Part shown: positions 36,888 through 50,477 of the stretch, piece after piece
Position numbering within the stretch: position 1 is the first letter of the stretch
Layout of the letters: each line of letters opens with the position of its first letter
The notes under the pieces: model-generated
Database searches by the model: none
What the model was told of the DNA's origin: nothing
Seen by the model: only the letters and a program-made list of their open reading frames with translations
Translations under genes and position numbers: made by a program
Source: Chrysomallon squamiferum
Taxonomy: Eukaryota; Animalia; Mollusca
NCBI GenBank assembly: GCA_012295275.1
Contig: CM022678.1
Location: forward strand, 18,786,001-18,850,000
Length of the DNA stretch: 64,000 bases
Direction: 5' to 3'

Positions 36888-38532
36888 TACTTTGCACTTT
36901 TATTGTGATTTTAGAGAAGCCAGTTCAGTAATTTCCTACTACTACATTCAAACAGTATTATTTCAAACTTAATATATATATATATATGCTTTCCACTGCA
37001 GTCGTTACAGCCATATTTTATTTAGAAATGTGTGTGTGTATGTGTTTTTAATGGCTTTTTCTTGTTTTATTTGATTTATTTCTTATAGTTGCTTTTAGAA
37101 AGAGAAAAAAAGAATAAAAGAAAATAATAATAATAACAGATACATAAAATATATTATGTTCTCATGATGATGTGATCAATGCTTTGAAATCGCTATAATC
37201 AATTTAAAAAGTGTGCAGTGAATTTAGTGTTAATATGTCCTAAACATAAATGTTTTCAGTAACAAGAACAATATCACCACAAACAACAGCCACGTCAACA
37301 ACGATACTAATGATAATAATGAAATGATGTTATGACAACGTCAACGACGATCACAACATCACTAACAATAACAATAATTATAGCAGAAAAGAAAAATTAA
37401 TGTTTAACGACTTTATTACATTGATAAAAGAATTAAACTCACGAACTCAGTAACATAACTTTTTTATTTATATTTGTTTTTCCTTTTTTTTTTTCTTCTC
37501 CTAAATACTGTACAATAGGCATAATTACATCTGTAGGAAAAAATATAATTATTATAACTACAACCACTAATGAAACAACAACACATTATTAACTATTATT
37601 ACTATTGTTAATAAAAGAAAATAAATACATTTATTTTATAAATGTATTTATTAGATTTTACCTGTTTTACAAACAACGCTAATGAAACAGATTTGACTTC
37701 AAGCGGAAAAAGTGTTTTCTACAACAGGATATACCACAATCAACAGTAAAGATGTAATCTTAAGAGCAAAAATATATAATGAACCAATGAAACAAATGAA
37801 TAAAAATACGAACATTTAATAGCAAATATATTTAAACAGTGAGATTTGACACCACAACTTTGATTTGTTTCCACAGAAGAGAAAACATTTCTTCGAGTCC
37901 TCCAGGACGTTTAGAGACACGTTTATTGTTTTTATTCCTAATTAAATTAAACATAAACTGAATATAAATATGCGGGTTTTTTTTTTTTTTTTTTTTTTTG
38001 CTTATGCATCTGAGGAGAATCCAGAAATCCTCTTTTTGTATACAGCAAAAAGTCTATATACATTTAATCTGACAGAAAAAGATCATAAATATAACTCATA
38101 ATAAGTACCAAAAATACAAAACAATACAAATGGAGAAACTACTATTGGAACTACTAGTACTTCCAACACTATTTCAATGACAATTATTGCTCCTGTTCAT
38201 TCTACAGTCTTTATATTATGATTAATGTTTCTATAATTCTCAAAACAATTATAGAAAGTAAAAAGAAGCCTTTATTTGAAAATAATGTATTCGTATTTAC
38301 AACTTTCTTTCCATATGTCTCTGTATTTGAGTTTAGAATTCTCTATTGATAGAGACAAAAAGAAATTATTATGATTTATGAATTAACAGACGTTTGTCTA
38401 AATTTTGTGTAAAAGAGTATTTTATTTTGTGCGATCAGCTCAGATATATCACATGCTTCTTATTGATTTTAGAGATTTAGTCAGTGAGAACTAAATACAA
38501 TTTTCGGTTAATAACACTGAACATTAATAACA

Positions 38533-38800
38533 CAAATTATGTAAAGGTATGACGTATTTCTCTTAAAATCAGTAGATAAAACAAATTACACAAAGTATGT
38601 GAAGATATGACGTATTTCTCTCTCTAATTAACAGTTAAAATACAGTAGACAAATTGTGTAAAAATATGGTGTATTTCTCTTCTATTCAATAGTTAAAATA
38701 AATTACAGAAATTATTTAAAAATACAATACATTTCTCTCTCAATAATTAACAGTTAAAATGAATTACTGAACTCATATTTAGATAATCAATATTCCACTC
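38533..38800. repeat. Degenerate ~58-bp minisatellite, 4-5 units
   Basis: (t/c)atttctct recurs at 38555, 38613, 38672 and 38730. Confidence 0.8.
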
Positions 38801-40148
38801 TCTAAGTAACGATTTAAGTGAACGTCTGTCAAAAACATATGAAGTAGTTAAATATTTAGAAAAAAAAAATACATCATCTTCTTTGATTTACAGATTTATA
38901 GGTGAACCTATAACTAGATTATATTTCTTTGTAATAAACAAAATAAAATAATAGCCTTTTCATACTTCCACTCTATATTTCATAATAATAAATGTTTGCT
39001 ACTTCTCAGATATATACTTTTATTTATTTTATTTTCCATTTCTCATCAGATTAGAAAAATACAATAACAGTCTGTACATATATGCTTTCTATGTCTCGGT
39101 ATAACAAATGTTTGCTATTGAAGCTGTATTATCAAAATAAAAAGTTTAAAAAAAAGTATTACGTTCTAGTAGAAACTGATAACAGTCTGAGGTCAACTGA
39201 ATTGAAACTTAGTAATGAGAAGAAAAGCTAGGCTCAGATTTAACGCTCAGTTTTTAAAAACAAATACATATTCTACTCAGAACACTTCACCTCAAACAAT
39301 GAAAATCAGAAACACGTAAAAGTTATGAATTTCAGTGAAAAAATTCGCACACTGGACAACTCTATTAAAAGCACGTCACATAAGAAAGAAAATATCTGAA
39401 TATAATGTTTCGAATGAACCAGTAATTGAGACATAAAAATGTATATTAGAAAACAGAAATCTTGTAATTAATATTAAAGTTTCCCTTGGATACGTATTTT
39501 AATACTTTATTTGATGACCCGCGTCAGTAGTTACTGTTTGATAATCTAGAACTTAAAATAAAAATGTAACAAACGTGAGACAGTATAATCACTGAAGACC
39601 ATGGATTTGTTTATCAGAAACAAACTAAACGATATGGCGATTTCAAAGACATAATTTTTGTTATTATTATTATTAAGAATTATAAACTCTTAATTAACTA
39701 ATTCCAGTTATACATAAATTAATGGAGGATCCTGCAACATTATGTTCAGATCTGGGAGAATGGATAATCATGTTATTGTGACTTACAGACGCACTGGAAG
39801 GGAAGAATGAATTTTAATTTTGCTTCGAGTTTTTAATTATTGTCATAGTAGTAGGAATAGTGGCATAATAAACTGCGATGTGAAATAATAGGTAAAGTTC
39901 CACATATTGAAAGCAAAGTAACGCTATCACTTTATGAAGATATTGTAATAAGATAATAAAAAAAAAAAAAAATAAACAAAGGTATGCATAACAAATGAAG
40001 AGACAATCATTTACATACAAAAACATTTCAACGACGAACAACTTCAACAAAAAGTGCAAGTAAAGGAACTGTTTAAGTGTCGAGAACATCTGAGATTGAC
40101 AGCTAATCTGATGAATCTTTAATGTTTAAAGAGGCAAACATATAAACA

Positions 40149-40187
<39 letters not shown>

Positions 40188-40383
40188 AACAGATTTCGTC
40201 CTCAAGAAATTTCTAATCTATTTAGTCACTTAACTAACTTCAAAAGCAGTACAAAAATAAATCATACAAATAAATACAAATAAGGCAGGGTTATGGAACG
40301 TGATGTTCAATTCTAGAACAATGGATAATCATGTTGTTACAACTTACGTATGAAATGCCAGGGAAGAATGTAGTTTATTTTTT

Positions 40384-40463
<80 letters not shown>

Positions 40464-40812
40464 ATTATTATTATTATTATTATTGTTGTTGTTGTTGTTG
40501 TTGTTATTATTATTAGTAGTAGTAGTAGTATCTTCTTTTTTCTTTTCTTTTCTTTGTAAAGTTCCACTGTTAACTAAGGAAGTGTAGTTTATGAAGATTT
40601 TATAACAAGATAATAAGAAATAAATTAAACAAAGGATATGCATTAAAAATAAAAAAGACAGTCATTTACAAAAAAAACATTTACAGACAATAAATCAGCA
40701 GAAAAAGTTAAGTGAGTGTTTAAATGTAGAACAACAAAGAATGTAAAGTACTGAGGTCTCATGTTTTTTAATACAACAATAACAAAACCAGTCTTTATTT
40801 ACAATAGAACCT

Positions 40813-40855
<43 letters not shown>

Positions 40856-42855
40856 GTAATAATAATAATAACTGTTTAGTTACTTAACCAACTGCAAAAG
40901 CAGTACAAAAAAATGTGTCATAAAAAATAAATAAAAATATTTTAACTAAATATTCGATCAGTAATATGCAACTTACAGGAAAACAAATGAGGTTTCGTCT
41001 TGAAGAAAATTCTATTCAATGTACTCGCTCAGTTTATTGCTGAAGGAGTACAGAAAATACATCATAATAAGAAATACAACTAATTTAATCTGAATTAATG
41101 ACTTAGAATATAAAAAAACTACAATGGCATGTTTGAAACGCAGATTTGAAAATCTCTGAAATCATGTAGTCACTGATGAAAGTGTACTTTTCTAATATTT
41201 ATTTTATAGAAAAAGATATCTAAAAAAAAACTAAAAAATAATAAAAATTAATTTTGCATCTACTTCAGTAATAATCTACTTTATGATTAAATATGAAAGA
41301 GAAAATACGAGGCGAATTCTATAATAGGATACAATCTGAAAATGATGTCAGCGACATAACTTTTTATTCAAATCAATTAGAAAGAAATACGAGATGGCAA
41401 TAGTTTACAAGGAAATTCTCCATTTATTTCAACTATTGTAGTTTTCTGATTGTAATCGGTACCTAGTGAACAGTTGAAGCTGAACTCTACATACCATGTT
41501 TTGCAAACTAAAACACTTTTAACACACTGCATAGTAACGAAGATAAAGGAGAATAAAATCAACAAGAGGATATGTTACTTCCTAATCTGGAAGAAAAGAA
41601 ACTACTTGATATTCAGTTATGCAACACAACAAAATCATGGTATTATCACTTACAGAAGGTTTACTAGGGAATGAATACTCAGTTACTGTCATAGTGCTAG
41701 GAGTAGTAGCATACTCTACTAAGAAGAAAAAAAAACAGTAACATGAAATCTTATATAACGTTCCTCTACGTTATACACTAACAAGACATAGTAACTCTAT
41801 ATTTATGAAGTTGTTGAAATCTGGTATGCACAACAAATGAGGCAATCATTTACATACAAAATATTTCTCTTACCGACATCAAGGAGAGTGCAAGTAAAGG
41901 GATTACTAAAGTGTCGAGAACAACACAGAATGTAAGGTACCGATGTCTGACATTTGTATATACAATAACAACACATTTTATTTGAAATGTTAATTAATTA
42001 TTAATGAAAAAAAAAGAAAAGAAAAAAGAAAAAAAAAAACTATCCACAGAATCCAATTGAAGTCATATACCTACAAAACCAATAGACCAGAGGCTTGAAA
42101 AATGTTTGTGACACATGTCATCTGATCAGTGTTTGATGTTTAAGGACGCACACTACAACCAGGAAATAGAAGGGAAAAAAAAAATTTGAGGTTTCGTCTT
42201 GAACAAATTTCTAAACTATTTAGTCAGTGAACTAATCGCAAAAGCACTACAGAAAATATACATAATAAGAAAAATAATAAAAAAAAATTAATCTGAAAAA
42301 ATATTTTAGAATATTCAAAAAGTACAAACTTATAAAGAAATGTTTTAACTTAGTCAAACGAAAGATTTCAGTTAAAATGCAATGGATGATGTGAAATCAT
42401 TAGCAGATTTGAAAATATCTGAAATCATGCAGCCAATGATAAAACTATAGATTTTTTTCTTTTTTTTTATGAACCGAAAGATATGCAAAAATATGAAATA
42501 ATAATAATAATATTACCCTTACTTCAACAATTATCTGCAAAAAGTCAGTGAAGAAAGAATATTAATGTGTCAAAAATAGATTTCATATAGTTATTTAATT
42601 TGAATACGTGGGTCAATTTCTTATGAAACTGGGAGTTAAATTTCCATAAAAATAGAGTTAAATGTTTACGTTCAAGTACTGACAATCTAATGTTTGTTGT
42701 CATAAACATTTTGTTGGTAGACGGAACCAGTAAGTACTTTTGGAAACATACACAGGATTAAAATACCTTACAACGCTAGACCATTTCCAAGTTTCAGATG
42801 TGTAAATACATTACAGTTATGTAAGCAGATGTGTAATCTATAGACGGCATATAAC

Positions 42856-42886
<31 letters not shown>

Positions 42887-45862
42887 AAAAAACAAACAAA
42901 CAAAGAAACCAAAAAAAAAAAAAATAATAATAATAAATAAATCTAAAAATATATATATATAATAATAATAATGTCCATATATAGGGAAATATTTCTCTGG
43001 TGGTTATAAAATAAATAATAGTCTATATAGATGATTAGAGTAGATGCAGAGAAGAATTAAACATCAAATAAATTGTATATAGAGGACAATGTTTTCTCCT
43101 CTGGTTATAGAGTATATGAAAGTACATATCGATTCGTACTTTATACAATGCGATGACAAACAAAATACAGCTAATTTCTACATACAAGATAATTATTATT
43201 CACTCTGATTATACAATAAATGAAAAAAAAATGTACTGTATGCAGTTTAAGCTCTATAAATGAAATGAAAGTTTAAAACGATGCAATATTTTCTGTTTCA
43301 GAATACAAAAGAAATTAAAATATATATAGATGTGTACATATACAATGCAATAGACAGTGTATTATATTCACCTTGGGTTATTGAATATGCTATCAAAAAA
43401 AAAACAAAAAAAAAACAGTTCTAACATAAAAGAAATATCAATACAATATAACAGTTTATCGTGTATAGATATTTCAAACATACATAATTTCTATGGATTA
43501 ATTAATTTCACTCAGTTATACACTATTGGCAAACAGCATTTACAATGTAATCATAATATCTGAAATAAATTTATATAGAGAATGCAGTATTTTCTACTGA
43601 GATTATATAATATATTGAAATGTGTAAAGATTTGTATTTTATACAATGCAAGCACTACTAAAACAAATCTCTAGACAGCATAATATTTTGCTGTGCTTTA
43701 TACAGTAAAGGAGAAACTGTATACATTTGTATTGGGTACAGTACAAGGATTATACATATATGAAACTATATACCATGAATTAAAATTTATATAGATACGC
43801 ACTGCATATAGAGCAAGTGTTAACATATAACTAAAGTCCTGTAGACGGGATGATCAGTATGAGTAGACATACACTGGTAACGGTGTGAGGATTATATATA
43901 AAACAAATATGTTTAGAGAGTCCAGAATTTTCCACTAGTATTATTTAATAATGTTCTAGAAAGATTGTACTATAAATTAAAATGTATATAGAAATGAACT
44001 CTTTTCAGTGCATGATTATCCAAAAAAAAATAATAATAATAATATAAATAAATAAAAGAAAAAAAAAGAAGAAAAAGAAAATCTTCACAAAATATAATAT
44101 TTCTAACGAAGATTATTTAAATTTGTCAGAAGATTAATAGCTATCAGAAGGATTATAACAAATATATATATATATAAAGTACGGAAAGTACAACTTTCTA
44201 CATCAATATGCAATAAATAAATATATTTACTGAATACAACAGAAAATAATACATGAAATAAAATATCTATAGAAATGACATTATTTTAACTGGGATTATA
44301 TATTAAATTAAAATGTGTATAGATTGGCACTGTAAACAATATTGGCATTTTATACAGAAAATAATGACGTGTACAGTCATATGCTGCATACAGTATAAAC
44401 ACTATATATAAAAGTAATGTGTACAGATAAATTCACTACACAAGTATTATTCATAAAAGTAATGTCTACAAAACGTAAACTACTTTTACTAAGGTTATAC
44501 AATAAATTATAATTATTTACAGATATGTACTTTTCACAATGGAAGGACACATAATTAATGTCAATAGATAATATATTATTTTCACTGCGGGTATAAAGTA
44601 TTACAGACAGTTCAGAATTTTCCTCAAAATGTATACAACAACAACAATTGTGTACAAACGTTAAAAATATTCTACTGGGGTGACAAAAAAAATTAAATAT
44701 CTGTATATAAAACTAAGTCAGTGGATTATGAAAAGTAAACTGTTATACAAATAAACGTGTATGTATTTTACTCTGTGTCTAAAACTAATCATTATAAGAA
44801 AGTGATAATTACCACCGACTCAAATCTTGAACAAACTAGTTATGAAATTATCAAGAAATGTTCCTGAAGCTCTATTAACGTTATTCTACATATTACGAAT
44901 AGTGAAATAAGGTAATTATAAACTCTGTATTTACAACAGTGGTCTTGGTATGCAAAAGGACAATTTACAATGAGTGCCCTGTGGACTATTCAAAATAGTT
45001 TGTGTCTCTGTGGGTGCGTGTGTTTATATATATGTATATGTATATATATACAGAAATTATGTTTTAATACAGAAGATTGACTATTTCCAGAAATAAGATG
45101 ACGTCACAACTAGTAAAAATCACATAAAACGTGAACAAATGAATAAATAAATCAATCAAAAAATATATAAATAAATAAATAAATAATGAAAAAATATATA
45201 TAAAAATTTAAAAAGTTAAAATAATAATAAAGAAAGAAAGAAATAAAGAAATCTGTACAGATGACATCACGACTACTCTTTCTCAGTAAAAAAAGAACAA
45301 CAAAACCTGACTGGCACAGATTGTGTAGACTATTATAGATAAATTTCATGTTTTAAAACAAAAAGGGACACTCTAACAAGGATTAAAATAGGTCTGTGTT
45401 CTCTCAAAACTAACTTACACTCATATATTTTTCTTCATTTTCCATTGATTTAATTTCAGTGCAAACGCTAACACCGTCGATATAAGAATGGATCAACAGC
45501 ATGGAATCTGTGTTGATTTCACTGAAGATACAGATATTACAGTTATATTTCACCATTTCAGCATCTCCTTAAAATTAACCGTTACGGAAGAGTGTCTGTG
45601 TAATAAACACTTTGTTTTCCGATCGTCAGCTCGATTTTCTTCTGTAACTTGTAGGCGAAGAAACCTTTGAAAGGTAAATTAGGTGATGAAATTATTTATT
45701 TCGTTAATTAGTAATTTGTTTAAAAGAATAATAATTATTAATTATATATTAGGAAATATTGATTCGGATTCATGTTTATTTATTTATTTATTTATTTTAT
45801 CTAATTATTAGAAAATATAAAATTTGTTAGTTTAGTGACAATTCTCGAATTAATTAATCAGT

Positions 45863-45970
<108 letters not shown>

Positions 45971-46475
45971 TAAAATATATAATTTGCTCCATATTTTCTC
46001 AATGTGAATAAATGTCTACAATTTACAATGTAGCAGAAACCATCAGAAACCGTGGTCATTTTATTGAAGATGCAGAAGTTTACTGTGAAAATTCACCGTT
46101 ATAACATAGTCTTGAAATTAACTGTTTTCTCTCTACAGTGATCTTTTTTGTTTCATCTGGATTTTCTTCTGAAGGTTGCAGGCTATGAAACCTGTGAAAT
46201 ATAAATTAGGTGATGCAGTTATTTATTTTGTTAATTAGTAATTAATGTCAAATAAAAAATAAAATAAAAATTTAAAAACATAATTTGAAAAAAAAAAAAG
46301 CAATGAAATAGTGAAATAAATTAAAATTCAGTGTCATATTTATTTATTTATTATTATTATTTTATTTATTTATTTATTTTATTCAAATATTTTATTAATA
46401 TTAGTTTTATGTTTTAATCAAATTAACTTTGTCAGCGTTCAGTTACATTTATTTATTTATTTATTATTGTTGTTG

Positions 46476-46552
<77 letters not shown>

Positions 46553-46892
46553 TAAATATTTAAGTTTACCCAAAATTAAAAACTGTTGTTCTTTTTCTGG
46601 CGTCTGCCGAAACGTCTGCTTCCTCCAAACATTAATTTTGAATGTTCTGACGTCATAACGTTTACGAATACTACGTCATTGGTCAGAAACTCTTAATTTC
46701 TTTTTTATTATTTGTATTTCTGTATATGTATATATATATTTTTTTTCATTTGATTTATTTATTTATTTATTATAACTTTTGTGAAATATATTTACATTCT
46801 CACCGAAACTTATGACATTTTCGTTACGTTTTGTTAGATAAGTCAAAAAAAAAAAAAAGAAGAAGAAAAGAAGATAAATAAATTAAAAAACT

Positions 46893-46910
46893 AATAATAA
46901 TAATAAATAA

Positions 46911-46955
<45 letters not shown>

Positions 46956-46966
46956 TAATAATAATA

Positions 46967-47023
<57 letters not shown>

Positions 47024-47075
47024 AATAAAAAATAAATGAATAAATAATAATAATAATAATCATAATAATAACAAC
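46893..47075. repeat. Head-to-head (AAT)n/(ATT)n microsatellite; many other (AAT/ATT)n tracts occur in the window
   Basis: The (AAT)n tract switches to (ATT)n at ~46967, forming a long palindrome. Confidence 0.9.
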
Positions 47076-48118
47076 AATCTATGCTGTATACTTTTTATAG
47101 ATCTCAAACTAATAACGCGACAGTTTTAAGGAAATAAACTGTAACATTAGTTTCGCTACAAACAATGACAACAAGTTTCTAAAATCTCATGATTTCTGGT
47201 TGGTGTCAAAACATGACTGCTATTGTTTTGTTGAGAATAATAATCAGACCGACGTGTCTATTCTTTCTTTATGTAGAAATGGACCAACAGGAACGATGAC
47301 TCGTAACGGCACAAATTACGTCCCCGGAAAAAAAAAAATGAATCCAGAATTTAATGGGTGCAAACTACAGCTGAATGTTCTTTTCTCTGACACGGGAAAT
47401 ATTGCCAATTAGAAAAGTTAATTCATTAATCTTATACCGAATTATAATTTTAGTTTATTATGGACGCATTTGCACAAAAATAATCCAGTGAAAAAAGTTT
47501 GATAAAAGTTGAAAAAGTAGTTACGAAAGGCGCGCGACATGATGGTTTGGTAATATGAACAACCATCCTTATCTCTATCAGTGTAAATCATTAAAAAGTT
47601 CAGGAAACAGATGTAAAATAACTGAATTTGGAAGTTTAAACATTTCCGTGACTCACGGAAACTTCCGATCGAAATCCAAGATGGCAGCGACGAACGCCGA
47701 TCAGTGTTTACAAACGTTTAAATACGTATGCCCTCATAATGCAACCAGTTCTGCATGTATTATTAAAAATAATAAACTATTTCTTCTAGACAGAACTGAT
47801 TGACACGGACGAATGATGAGATCAGTGTAATCATAAAATCATGACTAACGTGTAAAATGAAAACAAAAAAACAAAAGTGAAATAAATTTATCAGTGCAAT
47901 AGTTACTCAATTTTACGAAGGGACGTTATTCGGGCTATTATTTAAGACATTTTGAGTTCCTTCCCTTGACTAGTACTTGAACTGAAGTCTTAGAAATGAA
48001 ACTAACGTTAATAAATAAATAAATAAACAAATAAACAAATAAACAAATAAACAAATAAATAAATAAATAAATGAATAAAATAAATAAAATAAAATAAAAT
48101 AAAATAAAATAAAATAAA

Positions 48119-48604
48119 TCATGTCTGCTTGTTAGCAACTCTGTCAAGGTCGTTGTCACGACTAAAGGCGTAGATGCTGCAGAAGGCTTTGTCGTCGGGT
48201 CCGTTGTCCATGACGAGATTCCTGTTCATCGCCCACTCAAACACGTAGATCTGATATCGATTGACACCTATATTCGGATGTGGGCTGCGGTAACTGAAAG
48301 AAGACAGACAGAAATACAAATATTTCATTACTGTATCAGCCAATGTGTTATTAACACACGCACAGTCTAACAGAACAAGCGAACAAATAGACTTGAAAAA
48401 AGGCATGTGTCTGTATATGTGCTTTTGTGTTTGTATGTGTGTATGTGTGTGTGTGTATAATTGCAATACATTCCTTCCTTCAATACTTCTTTCTTTCCTT
48501 CTGTTTGTGGTTGTCGTTCTTCTTATTTTCTTGTTTATATTATGCAAATAGAAATGTCTATACTTACTTATTACAACACTGATTGGCAACAACAGTTCGT
48601 TCAT
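48119..48604 (-). CDS. 3' exons of a PEBP/RKIP-family-like gene (48604-48568 and 48293-48119); 5' exons not found
   Basis: The terminal exon reads YRSPHPNIGVNRYQIYVFE...SIYAFSRDNDLDRVA, resembling the PEBP C-terminal Y-xx-P-x-P..G.HRY.f.vy and F...f....L..VA motifs. A 37-nt upstream exon (ttttcag / gtaagt) joins in frame. Confidence 0.55.
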   Translation of the reverse strand: MNELLLPISVVISKYRHFYLHNINKKIRRTTTTNRRKERSIEGRNVLQLYTHTHTHIQTQKHIYRHMPFFKSICSLVLLDCACVNNTLADTVMKYLYFCLSSFSYRSPHPNIGVNRYQIYVFEWAMNRNLVMDNGPDDKAFCSIYAFSRDNDLDRVANKQT

Positions 48605-49049
48605 CTGAAAAATAAAATAAAATAAAATAAAATAAAATAAATATTAATAAATAAATGAACAGATGGATGGATTGATGGATGAACTCAGTGTTAGAGATAA
48701 AATCTTTCAAAGTTAGAGAATGTTATTTTAATAATTTCTGTTTTTCCTTCCGTTTACGTAACGACTTACTCGTGAGTTGTTGTCTGTGATATCAAATCAC
48801 TATTTTAAAGTTCAGCGATTAATTTTCAAAGTAGCTATTGTTTTCTCAATCATATAATTACTTTTCCTCTCACCTACTTGTAACTGGTCACTCAAAGCTC
48901 TTAATCCACTAATCGCGTTGTTTTTAGCAAACAGCTATTAAAGAACGCCTTTGTTTTGTCTCGCCTTCCTTAATTGGTGAGAGACACTAATGGCTGATTC
49001 TGCTCACTCGTCAAAACGCGAAGAGTTCAACGTGCCAGTGTGATTTGGC

Positions 49050-49080
49050 TATATAAACCGAAGTCGTTGTCATGGTTAGT
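49050..49080 (+). promoter_or_regulatory. TATA box and initiator-like element of the orphan gene
   Basis: TATATAAA at 49050-49057 and TTAGT at 49076-49080, about 28 nt downstream; ATTGG at ~48973. Confidence 0.6.
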
Positions 49081-49148
49081 ATCTACCTCACTGCTTGTTT
49101 CATTCGCACGTTCTCTGTGTATATTTCTTCTGCATTAACCTGACAAAG

Positions 49149-49688
49149 ATGTCTTCCAGAAAAAGTTTCTCCAGTGTCGACTCCTCTGATAGCAGCAACC
49201 CATGGGAAGAAGGTGATTACTTCCAGTGTTCACTCATTGATCTCACCGTCATTGGCAGCGACGGCAGCTGCTATTCTGATTCCGACAACAGCGACGCCAG
49301 TGACGAGGTCGAACCGGAGTCAAGTCCTCTCGATACAGCCTTCATATGCGACGACGAGGACTCGTTTTTGGGAGAACAGCTGATTCGTGTGTGTATACGT
49401 CATCAGAAAGCGTGTATCTGCCAACAGACGGACGAGAAAGACTGGTCTCAGGTTTCACGACTGAAAAGTTATTCCTCCGCGGTTTGTAACAAGATGGCGG
49501 AGAAAGTGGCAGAGGAGAAAGTGAAGCTGAGATCCGCAAAGAAATTTAGAATATCGAAAGGCCTAGGATCGAAACTAGTCAGATGGTTCAGTCAAAGGAA
49601 AACGACGACGACGGCCGAGAAAAAATCTTCTGTTCTCGTTTGCGATATGGCAGTCTCCGATCAGCTGAGGTGGTCTTGTTTGTTCTGA
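49149..49688 (+). CDS. Intronless hypothetical protein, 179 aa, with Ser/Asp-rich N-half and basic C-half
   Basis: GC-elevated ORF in AT-rich DNA with an AAAGATG start, upstream TATA and Inr, and AATAAA at 50032-50037. No recognised domain. Confidence 0.7.
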   Translation: MSSRKSFSSVDSSDSSNPWEEGDYFQCSLIDLTVIGSDGSCYSDSDNSDASDEVEPESSPLDTAFICDDEDSFLGEQLIRVCIRHQKACICQQTDEKDWSQVSRLKSYSSAVCNKMAEKVAEEKVKLRSAKKFRISKGLGSKLVRWFSQRKTTTTAEKKSSVLVCDMAVSDQLRWSCLF

Positions 49689-50440
49689 GCGGCCAGAATT
49701 TCATAAAACGAAATGTTATGAACTTCCAAAACAATACCTCAGCAAGCTTTTCTGTCCTGGTTTTCCAGCCAGAATATTCTTGCTGTGCCGTCTTTCAGCA
49801 TACGTCACTGTGCTATTCCTGAAACAGTCACAGAGATTTGTGGTGTATTTCTCGGATTTAGATACTTCTGTTATTTTTTTTTCTCCCTCTCTATGTGCTC
49901 ACCTTTGTTTTCTCGAACATGGACTTGGTCTTCGTCCTCGGTGAATTAAACTGAGAAGAACAAGAATACAAAGTATGACAGCAGTAAAAAGTGCTATTTG
50001 TTACTGTGTTTGTGTGAAAATGAATGAATGAAATAAATACTTAAAATGAGATACTTTGCTTGTTATTCTTATTGTTCACTAGAATTTCTAGTGTCATTTA
50101 AACACTAATGTGATGATAATTACTGATTTTTATTTTGTGTTTATATATTTATTTAATTATTATTATTAAGTGAGGAAATTATAGAAAACACATTTAGTCA
50201 TTATTATTAAAATGTCATTTCCATCACGATATTCATTTATTTATTTATTTATTTATTTAGTATTTAAACGAAAGAACTGAATACACAAAAACATGAGTCA
50301 AAACTTACTAATAACTTTTATTTATAAATTCAGAAAATGCAAAAAAAGCTAAATGAAACACAATAAAATACAATAAAATACAAACAAATAACTGATATAC
50401 CGAATACGTTTGCAGTAGAAAAACTGCTATAATTTGAATG

Positions 50441-50477
<37 letters not shown>

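Noticed and set aside
49674-49688. CaaX prenylation motif at the orphan protein C-terminus (WSCLF)
   Set aside because: The Cys is third from the end, not fourth.
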